Assembly (NCBI RefSeq): GCF_001194135.2
Contig: NC_068986.1
Span: 70,952,605 to 71,016,604 of the forward strand
DNA from: Octopus bimaculoides
Taxonomy: Eukaryota
Direction of reading: 5' to 3'
DNA: 64,000 nucleotides
Shown: one piece after another, positions 47,700 through 61,569 of the stretch
How the letters are laid out: each line of letters starts with the position of its first letter
Numbering within the stretch: position 1 is the first letter of the stretch
Program-made: the position numbers and the translations under genes
Notes under the pieces: generated by a model
What the model saw: the letters and a program-made list of their open reading frames with translations, nothing else
Database searches by the model: none
Told to the model about the DNA's origin: nothing

Positions 47700-48372
47700 T
47701 AAATAGTTTTTGTATACCTTGTGAAGTGTATACCTATGTGACCAAAATACTTTAGCTTCTTTTGTTTAATAACTGAGAATAATGATCTTTTTGTATTTGC
47801 TAGTCCATTAGGTTCATGTTTCTTCCAAGATATTCTTAACATTCTTCTCTGTCTTCATTTGAAAAAGTTACTAGTTTGTCAAATAGAGTTTTCGTCAATG
47901 TCCATGTTTCTGCACCATATGTCGCATTTACACAGCCTTTTTCTCGTTTTTGCTCGTATATTACTTGATGTTAAAACTTTTGACATGTTTTCGAATGTTT
48001 TCTTGCAATTTCTATTTTCGTCTAATTTCAGTTTTACATTTACCATTTTCAGATTACATAAAGCCAAGAGATACTATATTTAAAATTTGTTCTATTGGTG
48101 TTCCATTTATGATTATATTGATGTTGGGAGGTGTTTGTTTCTTACTGAGTGCCATAGTTTTCATCTTTTTGGTGTTTATTTCTATTCCATATGGTTCTCC
48201 CTTTCCATTAATTGCATCGGTCATTTGCTGTAATTCATTTGTACTCAATGTTAATAATGTAGTATCATCTACATATCGGTTGTTGTGATTAAGTCCACCA
48301 GTTTTAATTCCCGGCATCTCTTCAACTTCTCGGAATATGTTTTCCGTGTATAATAAAGGAACAAGAATGGAC
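47700..48372 (-). mobile_element. RTE-group LINE, RT fragment
   Basis: Minus ORF 48054-48374 reads LYTENIFRE...NNRYVDDTTLL...YGIEINTKKMKTM (YADD-like motif). Confidence 0.85.
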
Positions 48373-49239
48373 AACTGAAATTTTTGCTACATGTGTTTCC
48401 ATAACGTAGTCATTTATTCAATAATGCATAATAATACATAATATTTGTTACTCTGCTACGTAACCACACAATTTCATCAGGCAATATAGAGGACTTGACT
48501 GTTCATTTTTAAAATAAGTTATTTCATTAAAATTTAAAAATTCCGAAACGGATAATTCTGCTAAAAAAAAATCCCCCCCAAAAAAACAAAATAAAAAACG
48601 AACACCAATATTACCAAAAGAAAAAACAATTATGTCTTGAAAAGTTATCTGGGGCTGAAATGAAATCATTAGACTTTGGTATTCCTCTTATTTTCTCGTT
48701 TTTCTTTCTTTCATTTTTATGAAAATTGGAGAAAACTGGATTTCATTTTTTTCTTTACCACATCTTTATCTTTTTTACTAGTAATACTGTATAAGACCGA
48801 GAGCTTTTTGGTTCAGTCTATACATACATATATGTATGTACATACTTTGTGTGTGTACATGAGCGTATGCGTATGTATATTTATGTACGCATGTGTATGC
48901 GTATGTAGTGTGTATCAGTGGTCAATGTTCATACACGTGTGCGAATTCGCGCATCCACGAATGCTCATACGTACACGCAGTCATAAATAGAGTATTTTAT
49001 TAGACTCAACACAAATTTCTTCAACATATTTTGGTTCAACAACGTTTCATTTTTCACATGATCTCGTTGACCCGTCATTGATCAGTGACAATCCACATGT
49101 CGAATATGAAACAATGCAGATTTTGACTTTCAGCATCAGATAGAAACTAGATAAAAAGATTTAAGAAGCATTTCATTCAATTTAAGAACATTTAAAAAAT
49201 TATCTTTTATACAGTTTAAATTTGCTAAGGGGTGCAAAC

Positions 49240-49340
49240 ACAGGTCCAACCCAAACACTTGCCCAAGGTGCCCGGCAGTGTAATCGAAGCCAGAACCATG
49301 AGGGTGCGAACTTCTTAACACAATGCTGTCATGCTTGTGC
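49240..49340 (-). mobile_element. SINE family A head, degenerate
   Basis: Reverse complement reads gtgttaagaagttcgcacc...catggttctggcttcg...gggcaccttgggcaagtg. Confidence 0.65.
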
Positions 49341-49374
49341 CCCTCTCCCCATTTTCTCTCGTTATACACTCACT

Positions 49375-49423
<49 letters not shown>

Positions 49424-50949
49424 GCTCGCGTGCGCACACTCGCACGCATACACACACACACAAGCAAGGAAATTAAAGTTAACAATATAAAGTAAGTGGT
49501 CAACACTGAGCAGTAAACTTCTTTATGACATAGAGAAAACTAGATGCGAACTTTGACTAGAGGAATCACTGTTAATACCCCAGAATAAACATTCCGAATA
49601 AGAGGCAAGAACTAGCGGTAAGATGTAAACAAATTTAGAACAAAACCTTTAGATCATTCCCTCGATAATTAATCATGTGAACAAATAAATGGATATGATA
49701 ACACCTGTACACCTTCCTCGTCAAGTAGTTTAGAGATAATGCATATTTAAATTAATTGATGCTTGTCAATTTTCTTAATTGCTTGAATTATAGATTTTCT
49801 TTCCTTGTTCCTTCTCTCTGTTTATTTGATGATAGGAAGATATCCTTTTCAGTTTTTATTTCTTACTTTTCATATATCCATTCCCTTGTTTTCTTTTTTA
49901 TTTTCCTTTTGTTTTTGTTGTTTTTGTTTTGCCCTACTTTTATTTGATTTTGTTTTGGGTTTATCTTCTTCCCTTAGCATTTGTTTAATTTACTCTACCA
50001 CCCTATTCAAGAATCATATCTTAGTGGCCTATTATTGCAGCGGACCCAATGAAACCCAGTCCTATAATTTAGGATTAAATGTAGTCTTTGTCTTATTGTT
50101 GTTTTAACTGTAATAGTTTATTAATTTATAGTCCCTGTGTGCTTGTTCTAACTATTTCTGCGAACTGTTTTGTATTTATACGAATACCTGGAAACTAATT
50201 AGATTGATGCTGATACTTCAGGTCTAAAATAATTAGTAATGCCGTAGGTGCCTTTTGGTTTGTATATTTGTAAATACTTTCCAAAATAAATATAGTAGTA
50301 CACCACAAAAGCCTGCCACTGACCATAAAGAGGTTTTGGGTGTCAAACTACTTTTTTCCAGCATGGCACACATGTAATCCTCATTTTATAACGCTAATTA
50401 TAATTGCTATTATCAATCATTGATTTATCTAGGTACCCACCCAGTATCGTTTATTCCATGCAATATGTTATAATAAACTTAAGAAATCCTATATTGAATT
50501 ATCTCACTTCAACGCTCATTATAATTATTATTGTTATTCATTTATTTATCTATTTTGTCACAAAGTTTTGCTTACTCTATGCTGCATGTTATAGCTATAG
50601 TTAAAGTTAAGAACGGAAATGTTCACTTATGTTTCACTCTATAGCGCTCGTTATGATTATTATTGTTATTCATCTAGTTATCTATTTCGCAATATGTAGC
50701 TAAGTTAAGAAATCCAGTTGTTCAATTCTGTTAACTCTTACTCTAAATCTCAAAAATTCTATCTCTTCCTTTGTTTTATTATGTCATCTCTTCCTTTGCT
50801 TTATTATGTTACCTGCTCTCATATCCAAATGTTCCATTGTTTCTTCGACTAGCCCTAATTATCGAAAATTTCACTGCTCTCTCTCTCTCTCAGTTTTGCT
50901 AACCACTTGCTTTCTGATGTTGATTGTTAATTAGTGGCTTGCTTTGTCT

Positions 50950-53297
50950 CTGGCTATGACACATCGGTTGTAGAGCAAGAGAATAGGACAGCCATCTCTA
51001 CCGGAAGTCTTTCTCTAACCTCTACCGGATGTCTTTCTCCTGAGCACCTCTAACGGTTAACTATACGGAATGCTTCCCCCTCTTCCCCCTCCATCCCTAT
51101 CTAATGTCTATCTCCCGTTGAACGTAATGATTATGAAGCGAATATTTTGATGGTCAAGAGTATGCAGGTTGAAGCCTATTTGAATATTTACGAGATCTAC
51201 CAAGCACTCATGTGAGCTTTCTTTTCAGATGCATAATGCTGCTGTCCCCCATCCCCAGGGTCTCGCTGACCCACACCTTCCATACTCTCAGAGTTGGCAC
51301 ACTTAATGTTGGCACATTGAAAGGTAGGCCTGGTGAGATTGTTGAGATGCTTGAAGGGAGACGTGTAGATTTGTGCTGCATCCAAGAAAGTGGAAAGGAA
51401 GTTCTGCTAGGTTATTCACAGGCAAAGAACATAGGTACAGTAATCACTCGTCATATCGGGATTCACCTATCGTGGTTCACCTATCGCAGTTTATTATTTA
51501 AGCTTACGCCGATTCCTCTGTGTTGTTTTGCATTTATTAGAACATAAATATATACAAATTATAAAAATAATAAAAAAACATACAGTACAGTATTGTTTCT
51601 ACTTCGCGGATTTTCACTTATCACGGGGGAAGGAAGGGGTTTGGAACGTAACACCCGCGATAGTCGGGGGATTACTGGATAAGATTTTCTAGGTAGGGAA
51701 CACTGATGGCGTTGGGGGCATGGGTATATTCCTTGCCGAAAAATGGGTTGATAAGGTAATCGAGGTGGTCAGTCTGTGATAGAATACTTAAGATTAGATT
51801 AGTGCTGCAACATGGATTAGCAACCATTATCTCGGCCTATGCCCTTCAGCTAGGGCTACCTCATGAACAGAAAGACCGATTTTATGACAACCTCTTGCAG
51901 ACTACCTCATCGACGAATGACAAGGACCTTCTCTTTGTAGCTGTCGACTTCAATGGGCATTCTGGACAACGTCCAGGGAGCTTCTATGGTGTGCACGGTG
52001 GCAACGGATTTGGTTCCCTCAGTGAGGAAGGAACCAGGCTGCTCGAGTTCTGTGATGCAAATGAACTAACGATCTGTAATACTAACTTCAGGAAACCTTC
52101 CAGTCACTTGTTCACCTACCAGTCTGGTGGCTACACTAGACAGATTGACTATATTCTCGCCAGGAAACGAGAAAGATGGCTACTTCTAAATGCCAAAACT
52201 TTCTCAGGTGAAGAATGCACCCCACAACAAAGGTTAGTAGTTAGCGCCTTCAGGATCAGGGCTAAATAGCTGGCCAGAAGTCGACCAGTGTGGAAAACAA
52301 GGGTCTCGAAGCTTAAGGATCCTTTGAATGGACAGAGATTTAGAGACGTATTACTTGAAGCTTTTGACGAGAAAGAGGAGGATATAACATCACGTAATGT
52401 GGAGGATAACTGGAGGTTCCTACAGGACAACCTGTTGAGGGCTACTGACCAGATCTGTGGCGGTGCAAAGTCCCCTCTCAACCTAAGGTGACATGGTGGT
52501 GGAACAGTGTAGTTGAAAAGAAACAGGCATGGAAGAACTGGAAGTGTGGTGGTAGCAGGGAACTGCATAAGATCGCCAGGAGGGAAGCTAGGAGACACGT
52601 TTACTTAGTCAGAGAAGAAACAGATAAGAATAAATTTGCCAATCTCCTGCGTCGTGAGGACCAGAGACTTGAAGTGTTTCGAATTGCATGACAAGTGTGT
52701 GAGAGGAAATCACGATGTCATGGGAGAGAAATGTGTCCACATGGATAATAGCTCACTTGCTTTTAATGATGCTGCAAAGAGAGAGACTTGGAGATGCCAC
52801 TACGAAAGGTTGCTAAATGAAGAGAATGAATGAGAGAAAGGGAGTCTGCCAAGTGTCGACCCAACAGAGGGACCTGCTATTCATATTGAGATTACCTGGG
52901 TAGATAAAGTAGTTAAGGGTATGAAGACAGGGAAAGCCTCCAGCCCATCAGGAATCACTGCTGAGATGCTTAAAATATTTGGCGGTGTAGGCTATAGTCT
53001 AGTCACCCGTATAGTTAACTAAGTGATACACGAAGGAGTCATACCCAATGACTGGTGTAGCAGCACCATAGTCAACTGCTACAAAGGTAAAGGTGATGCC
53101 TTAGGTAGAAATGATTACAGAGGTATCAAATTGTTGGATCAGGTGATGAAAGTCATGGAAAGGGTCATAGCCCAACTAATTAGGGAGAGAGTTTGTTTAG
53201 ATGAGATATAGATTGGGTTTGTGCCACTGATGCTATATTTCTGGTAAGACAGCTGTAGGAGAAATTCCTAGCCAAAGATAAATCTCTGTACTTGGCT
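50950..53297 (+). mobile_element. RTE-group LINE: AP endonuclease through start of RT, 3'-truncated, interrupted by a MITE
   Basis: LRVGTLNVGTLKGRPGEIVEM...VDLCCIQE, IISAYALQLG, VDFNGH, ICNTNFRK, QIDYIL, WWWNSVV, IVNCYKGKGDAL..NDYRGIKLLDQVMKVMERV. Confidence 0.9.
51438..51677. mobile_element. pogo/Tigger-like MITE nested in the RTE endonuclease
   Basis: TIRs cagtaatcactcgtcatatcgg / ccgcgatagtcgggggattactg. TA on the left and GA (mutated TA) on the right. Removing it restores cat agg tat aag att ttc (HRYKIF). Confidence 0.75.
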
Positions 53298-55058
53298 AAT
53301 GGTTAATGTTGTTTCAAATTTTCAGAAGTACTGAAAACAACGACCTAGGATTTCTGTTCTATTTGGTTTCATCAGCAAATAATAGTTTTTCTCACCGATT
53401 AAGCATTTTAAGTTGTTTAATTCTCCCTGAATTATCTAGGTTAACACTGATTTAACACTAATTTAATAATCGTTTTTCTTAAATGACGCTGCTGCATCAT
53501 TTATTCTCTAAATAATCGATTTTCTTCGCCAACAAATATACAATCTTGTACATATGCTGCGGGGTTATTTTACCACCACTGATACAAGTATAACTAAAAC
53601 AATAGTTTGCCGATGAGGTTAGAATAATACTGAAACGTGTCTGGAATTTCTTCTCGTACGTGTAGGTGCTAATTATTTCCAGTTAACTTTTTTTAAAGCT
53701 TCATACATTAAAATTGTTAACACTAATTTAAGTAATTAAATACACCCAAGTTCACATTCATACATAAGTACATGTCAATTCATTATTATTGCAGTACATT
53801 TAAATTCATGGTATGTTTTCAGCTAGAGTTATTTCTCTGGCGAAAATCTTTGTAGTGTTAAATCTTCTGAATATGTGACCTTGATTCGGGGCACATGATT
53901 TATTTATTTATGATAGAATGATGTCATTCACTCATGAAAGGTGCATGATTCATAAGAAGTCATATTTTAAAGAAAAGTCATCTATCATATAACGACAGTT
54001 ATCTAAAGATCAAAGAAGCTATCTCGTTACTGAACTTTCTTCGGTTTTCATCATAAAAGAAATAGGTAAACATTAATATATTGCTTACTTGTAATTGACT
54101 ACTGTTTGCATATAATATTTTGGACAAGATCAGTTTTTCTTAGTGTCTTACTATTAAAATCTAATTAGGAACAACTAAACTATTAAAATTGTTAGTTGAT
54201 GTAATGCATCGTTGCGTTCACAAAATAATTTATTAAAGACTAAAAAGATGGAAGAATAATAGCTGTTACAGTTCTCTATCCGACATTTGTACAAATGTAT
54301 TGTCTAGCTTGAGTTATAAATTACAAAACATGATAGCTGTCATGTTGCCATTTACCATTCAAGATAACATCAATTGTTTATCGGAAGTACCAGACCAGAC
54401 CAAACCAAACCAGACCAGACCTTTTTTATTCTCAGAAGCCCCCTTTCAGATCATTTCTCGTGGGATTACTGTCAGTAAATAGGCTGGTATTATTTATTTT
54501 ATTACAGAATCCAATTAAAAATATTCAACCAGGAGTTGTTTAATAATACAATAAGTTAAATATCAGGAATGAATGTTTAATAAGTCTTCACCATATAATT
54601 CTACACGTAATTGTCAGACAAGGGCTCGGCATAGATAAATGTATCTTCCTCTACAAGATTTGTTTTCAATTTAATTGGCAAGATAATAGCTGCGTCCTGG
54701 AACTGGCAAACATATGGAAATTTAGATAATTTTAAATTGAACAGGATTTATAAAAATATGTTAATTTCCTGGCAATAACTCAAAACGCAATCATTAAGAA
54801 CTACAATGAAGATTTTATTTTAGTACTAAATTTAAAAGGAAGATTTTTATGACAAATATCAGAGAAAAATTTCAAACAAGAAATTGATAGCTTTGCAAAT
54901 AAAAAGCGAAAAGCAGTAGTTTGGTGATGGGCTCATGTGTAAATGATTGGCAACCAGTGTTTTCCAATTGATGTTTTATTGATTATTTGAAAATAACACT
55001 TGGCAGTAATAATTGTATGTCTATAAAACTAATTCTGTAATTAAGTAAAAGATAATCG

Positions 55059-55100
<42 letters not shown>

Positions 55101-56034
55101 CAAGAAGAAAAAAATATACCTTACTTGATGAAACAGAGGAGCCAAAGATATAAATATAGAATCTTTCAGATAAAGTTCCGAGTTATTAGATATAGATATT
55201 TTAAGGAATTACACCGGGTAAAAATGTTGATAATAGGTGGAGTGCATTGAAAGTATCGGGACAGAATTGGACAAAATATCTTGTGGCATTTGGTTACGTT
55301 TCTTAAGATTTTAAATTCAGTTCCCGCTGTCAACATTGCTTTTTCTCCTCCCGTGAACCACGAACTAAGTGCTACTTAGGTACTGATATTCCGTGGTAGA
55401 TGCATATTTAGAAAAGCTGGGTAGTAGATGGGATTAAATTACTGATTGACACTAAATACAGCATAAAACATAATTGTTTTATTCATCACATTAATAGAAA
55501 ATAAATGTAACACAATATATGCTAATAAAAGGTTGTTGTGATAATAATCTTACTTCTGAAGAGACGCAGGAACAATTATGACATAAAACTATGAGGGTGA
55601 GCTAGTAGTAACAACTGTATACGAACTATAATGAATCAAGAACTTAATTATTTCAGTGCTTTCCAGAAATTATAGAAGAAAATTATAGAAGAAAAATATA
55701 ATAAATGAGGCTGGTTGGACAGAGAAAGCTAATCAGAAGAGAGCTATCTGAACAAGTTCAAATGAAAGATATAAACAAATCAACATTGGTATATCTACCA
55801 ATCTTAAAAACGACGCAATATTCACTTTGTATATTTTCTTCAGAGTTTAAGGTCTTCCTTAAATACCATACAACATTTGGAATTTCCTCTGTGTATACAT
55901 ACTAAAATAGATCTTTGTTACACTCTCGCTCTTTCCCATGTTTTTATATGAAGAGGTGCACCATGCTAGAGCTAACTTCACACCAAGCAAAAGTTTTCAA
56001 TTTCTCTCTCTCTAAAAGGATATTTGCAGGATTT

Positions 56035-56335
56035 TGGAAAAACGTTACAGTGAGCCCTATTACCAAAAAGGACAACTCCTTTGATTAGGCCAACTATAAC
56101 CCTATTGCACTCACTCCCAACATCTTAAAGACTAGAGAGACAGACTTACCCATCACACTAACTATTTTTTTTCTTTCTTTACTGACCACTAGTACAGTTT
56201 TCGTAGAGCCAATTCTCCTGGAGACTTTCCCCTCATTCATTCATAAATGGGTTCCCTTCTTTGAAATATTCGGTGAAAATAGTATTGTTGCTCACGACAT
56301 CAGTAAATTTTCTGACCGTGTCTGTGGAAATTTCA
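56035..56335 (+). mobile_element. Jockey/CR1-group LINE, RT N-terminal fragment
   Basis: VSPITKK.....ANYNPIALT...QYSFRRANS...HKW...IVAHDISKFSDRV resembles NYRPISL / QYGFR / VALDISKAFDRVW. Confidence 0.6.
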
Positions 56336-56349
56336 CGACAAAACTTGCG

Positions 56350-57470
56350 GAGAGATATTATGTCTTGTAGCATATATAGAGAGACATAGTATGTAGTAGA
56401 GATTATCGATACATATTATATTTAGTATAGTTTATATTGATATTAATTATTTTCTGGAGAGATTGTAGATAAACATTATGCGTAACAGTGACTATGCATT
56501 ATAAGCAGTAGACTTCTTATTGATGAATATCTTGTGTAATAGCGATTGTAGACAGACAGTTATGTTATAAAAATTGTATTCCTAGTTATTATAGAGATGA
56601 GATTGTGGAGTAGAGATTTTAAATAATCGTTATATGCAGTATAGATTTTATTGGTAGGTATTATATTTAGTAGAAATTGAAGAGATAGACATTGTTTGCA
56701 ATAGCGATTATATCAACACTATGTATATCATAGTATAGATTTTAGATAATTATGAGCAGGAGAAATTGTATTGAAGCATTATATTTCGTGGAAATTGTAT
56801 CAATGGATATTATATATAACTTAATTGTATTCATAGACATTATATATATTAGATATTGTGTTGATAGATATGAATATGTAGAAGAGGTTATATGGATAGA
56901 TATTATATATAGCTGGGAATTTTGTGTAGACATACATTGTTTTGTAGTGATTCAATTAATATACCGTATATCTAGTAGGGATTGTATTGATAGTCATCAT
57001 AAGTAGTAAAAATTGGAGATAAATACTATACATAGTAGAAATTGTGCTGGTAGGCATTGTATGCTGTAGGGAAAGTCTAACAGAGATTTTTGATAAACAT
57101 TATATATAGTGTAAACTGTATTTTAGACATGCATTACAGACACGCGTAATGTTTATGGATAAACATAAGGTGTGCGGGACATTATATTCCTAAACATCAT
57201 GTATACTAGACATTCTAGATTTAATGAGCAGCAGAGTTTTATATAATAAAAATTAAGTGTATAAATTAATTTCATTGATAAAGCGTATATGTAGTGGAGG
57301 CAGAATTTACAAATATTACTATAATGGAGGTTGTTTGATAAATATGTGGCAGAATTTCAAGATTAACGTACTATGTTGCAGAGATTGTTCTGTTCAACAT
57401 TATACATAGTGAATCTTATAGATAGACGACATATTTTGTTGTATTGTGTTTAGCAGAATTTCTATCGATA
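56350..57470. repeat. Highly degenerate ~30-bp minisatellite, array 1
   Basis: Recurrent unit close to GTAGAGATTGTATTGATAGACATTATATAT. Spacing of aattgtat motifs near 56765-56860 is 29-31 nt. Confidence 0.65.
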
Positions 57471-57656
57471 TACACTTATATATTAATACATTAGCATATT
57501 GCTCCTACCTAACCATCTTTTGCGTAACGCTGAGGGAAGTAACTTGAAAGAAGAAAGATACGGCGAGAGCGGGTAGTAAATAGAAACAGAGATACAAATA
57601 TTGATACATGCAAGAAAATGATATTGAGATTTAATCACGATGATAGATAGATAAAT

Positions 57657-57659
<3 letters not shown>

Positions 57660-57731
<72 letters not shown>
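57660..57731. repeat. (GA)n microsatellite
   Basis: Read directly. Another lies at ~59676-59713. Confidence 0.95.
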
Positions 57732-57736
<5 letters not shown>

Positions 57737-57951
57737 AAGAGAAGAAAGTATATAAAAAATAGTCTTTAGTTATCTCATTTTCTTAATCCCTTTCTTTTTT
57801 TGTTTCGTTCTCTGACTTCACAGTATTTTTGAATTGTATCTTAATATTAAAAAAGTATTTTTCTGCAAAAACGGAAAAAAGCTAAGATTTTCAGCATACC
57901 TATATGTATGTATGAAATGTATGTATGTATGTATGTATGTATGTATGTATG

Positions 57952-58513
57952 TCTCTTCTATTTTTTTAATTATTATAAATCTTCCACTGAGGAAGGAGCC
58001 GGTTTCCAACAAAGATACAAGGCTCCATCTTTGGGATGTAGTTAACATAGACAAATTCACATTTGGAACTTGAGAAAAGTCTTGCATATTTTTACTGTTC
58101 CACTCATAGATTGCACTTGTAATGTACGAATTAACCAGATTATCCTAAAAAAACCTATTGCTCCAATTATTATTGGTATGAATATGAATTCATAGTCTGG
58201 ATATAGAAGCTGGAGGTTTCGAAGCAGTTGTCCATGGATATCCTCTTTTTCTTTGATTTTCAAAGAGATATTTATATCTGCAGGGCAGCTAACCTCTATG
58301 ATGGTTCATACTTTTGCCCCTCTGTCCCAAACAACAATATCCAGTCTGTTATGTTTACATTTGACAGAAGTTTTGATGAGAATATTCCACAAGTATTCCT
58401 TGAGTTGGTGCTTATGAATGTATTCTATAACAGAAGGATTTTCAAAGCTTATTTCAGGACAATCTTTTTTGCGGATGGCATTGTAAATTGTCTTAGCAAC
58501 GACATCGTGCCGC

Positions 58514-58515
<2 letters not shown>
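57952..58515 (-). mobile_element. R4/Dong-like retrotransposon, 5'-truncated, family 'CATA', second copy
   Basis: Minus strand MRHDVVAKTIYNAIRKKDCPEISFENPSVIEYIH...NRLDIVVWDRGAKV...KTFLKFQM*. 3' UTR nearly identical to 18850-18957. (CATA)n lies on both sides in element orientation. Confidence 0.88.
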
Positions 58516-58544
<29 letters not shown>

Positions 58545-58775
58545 TGTATGTATGTATGTATGTATGTATGTATGTATGTATGTATGCATGTATGTATGTA
58601 AGTATGTATGTATGTATGTATGTATGTATGTATGTACGTACGTAGTACATACATACATACGTACACACACACATACAAGAATAATATAATACGGGATGGA
58701 GGATTTCAGGTTTTAATAGAATATCACAACATTTGTTTCTGCACTGCACACCAGCTTTATGTTGCTGAGTTTAGA

Positions 58776-58999
58776 TTACGATAACCATTTAATTCGGCCA
58801 TATCCAGCTCAAATAGTCCACCAATGTCATGTTCAAACCGGCCAGATCCGGCCTCTCATATGAACCCAGCAATGTAATGCTAGAAATAAACAATCACAAC
58901 ATCGAAACTTCGAAGCCATGAGATAAGGCAGGATTAATTCAAAACAATGTGAATAAATTAGCATTACTTTTGAAAGAGTAATTTGAATACTAAAGAGTC
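58776..58999. mobile_element. Probable piggyBac-like MITE, degenerate
   Basis: ggccatatccagc...ggccagatccggcc...gaatactaaagagtcaa; the right end resembles CTAAAGGGTTAA. Recognised from recall of a common octopus repeat, not verifiable here. Confidence 0.45.
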
Positions 59000-59086
59000 A
59001 AGCGGCATAAACGTGAACACACAGAGATACATATACGCACGCGCACGCGCACAGTACTACACAACTTGATACAATAACAATTATAA

Positions 59087-59318
59087 TAATGGTCTCAAAT
59101 TCTGACACAAGGCCAAGGATTTCGGAAGAGGTGTTAAGTTGATTATATCGACCCCAGTGCTCAACTGGTACTTATTTTATCGACCCTGAAACGATGAAAG
59201 GCAAAGTCGACCTCGGCAGAATTTGAACTCAGAATGTAGAAACGGACGAAGTGCCTCTAAACATTTTGTCCGGCGTGCTAACGATTTTGCTAGCTAACGA
59301 TTTTACTAGCTCGCCGAC
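59087..59318 (-). mobile_element. SINE family B, CpG-intact
   Basis: Reverse complement reads ggcgagct...aatcgttagcacgccggac...tctgccgaggtcgactttgcctttcatcgtttcagggtcgataaaataagtaccag. Confidence 0.9.
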
Positions 59319-59671
59319 TTAAGCAAAGCTGACTTCATCGGGATTTGGACTCAGAGAGTATCAAGCGAGAACAATTATTGTAAAGTGATCAGTTAGATAA
59401 TCTAACTACACTGTCAGTTGACTCCCCCATGATAATTATAACAGTAGGAACAGCAGCAGCAGCAGCAGCAACAACAACAACAACAACAACAACAACCGAT
59501 ATAAATGTTATCTGGCTGGTTGATTTCTCTCTTACAATGTAAACCGTAGATGGAGAAATCAACCAACATAAGTGGGAAGAGTAGAAGAGAAGTAGAGAAA
59601 GGTATCATAAGAGGTGTAGGATGAGTGCTCATATGTAGCTTGGTGGCAGGCAATGATCATGGAAACATCAC

Positions 59672-59717
<46 letters not shown>

Positions 59718-60364
59718 AAGGAGGGTCTTTAACAATGCTTTTTCATGGATAGGGATAGTCTGCACTTTCTGCTACTGTTAAATATGGCCTGCATTTCACG
59801 ATTTCCCATTTGATTTAATCCGTGACACTTTTCTTCAACGACCAGGGCTGTGATTATCTTACATTACTGATATGTCTTTTTTTAGTTGGTCACAGCTCAG
59901 TAGGGCTATACTTCGCTCAATGGGACTGTGGGTTCAAGCCCGACAATATGTACATTTCTCTGATTTGAAAATAAGGATAGAATACAGTGTATTAAGACTT
60001 ACTAAAGTTTTAACATAGTCATGCAGTAGCAAAATAATATTATAGATAAGTCATGTTTTCGGTCTCATTCCATATTTACTTCATGACATGTTTATTTCAT
60101 TATAAAAAGCAAAAAATAATAGATATCAACACTCAAGTTAGAAAAGACAAATGTATAACAAGGGATGTAGTATTCAAAGATGGCGTGTCCTGAAACTACA
60201 AATTCAACTCTACATATGTGGATTTCTGCATCATCTGAAGAATCCAATATTTCAAAAAAGATACAATTTCAAAAGAAATTACGTATTTCATGGTTCTCTA
60301 TAAACTTATAACCATCTTAGAAATTTAAAAATAACCGTGGAATTTGCACTTGTACTGCTAGTCT

Positions 60365-61300
60365 TATTTTATAGAAATTACGCATATATTATGTTCAACA
60401 GAGGTTGTATTCATAGGTGTTATGTGTAGTAGAGGTTTTAATGATAGCTGTTACTTGTAAAAGAGATTGTAGTACAGGAGAAGAGGGTGTATTAATTGAT
60501 ATTAGGTATAGCAGATTAGCAGATGTTGATTATGTTGAATGCACTGTGTATAGTAGATACTGTTTTGATAATCATTATATGATGTAGATATCATATTAAC
60601 AGATATGTGTAGAAGGGAGTGAGTGATTATTGTTTTAAAGATTGTATTCATAAACCTTATGTATAGATGATGTACTGATAGACACTGTATGTAGTAGAGA
60701 ATGCTTTCATAGACATTTGGTGTTGTAGAAATTTACTATATTATGGATAGTCGATATTTGACAGATGTGTTTAATAGAGGAAGCAGATAAATAGTCAGTG
60801 TAGTAGGGTATATTCAATAAATATTTGTAGCAGGAATTATGTGTAGAAAATATGTAGATAGATATGTGTTGTGTGTTGTTAGAGATTGTAACCCTGAATG
60901 CAGATCGATATTGTGTGTATATTGATGTTCATTATGTGTAAGAGTGTTTGTGTTGACAGTTATTATACGTTATAGTCAATGTACAGATAGGTATTCTGGC
61001 TAATAGATGTTTAGAAGAACATTTATTCTTAGTCGGTATGTGGTAATGTAACAAGGGATTGTATTCAAAGACATTAAATACAGAAGAAATTTCCTTTAGA
61101 TATTATGTTTAATAGAGTCTGTGCAGATAGATAAATATAGCTATTGTAGATAGACCTTATGTATAGAAAGAGTTTGTGTTCAGAGACACTTTATATAATA
61201 AAAACTGTAATTAGACATTATGTGTTGTTGAAATTGTATTAAATGACATAAATTTATAGCAGAAATGATATTGATAGACATGATGTGTAAGACGAATATA
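60365..61300. repeat. Highly degenerate ~30-bp minisatellite, array 2 (same unit and orientation as array 1)
   Basis: Units such as agattgtattcataaaccttatgtat, agagaatgctttcatagacatt and ggattgtattcaaagacatta. Confidence 0.65.
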
Positions 61301-61569
61301 CAATGTGCTGAAGATGCTGCTATACACCATTTCCGAATGCAAGAGCCAGGCGATGATGTAGCAGATCTGTAAGTGTCCGGTCCCTTCCACTGCAACACAA
61401 AACCTAACCGGGGTCATCCACTGATGTAGGTGACGTAACTCTTGCACCACAGGGCAAAATTAGTTGAGTTAGATGTTGTGACTATAAACCAATTCCATTC
61501 TAGATTCTATTGAATAGAAGTTCTCTGTACTAAACATACTACTTGTCTTTATTTTGAATCTGACGTTAA

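Noticed and set aside
53610-53645. Hammerhead-like ccgatgaggttagaataatactgaaacgtgtc
   Set aside because: U4 is mutated, helix II is weak and there is no helix I partner.
133-59318. tRNA-like heads (A/B box-like motifs) of the SINEs as tRNA genes
   Set aside because: They are degenerate, continue into SINE bodies and give no complete cloverleaf.
56350-61300. ~30-bp periodic sequence as a CRISPR array
   Set aside because: Eukaryotic context, no invariant repeat with unique spacers and no cas genes.
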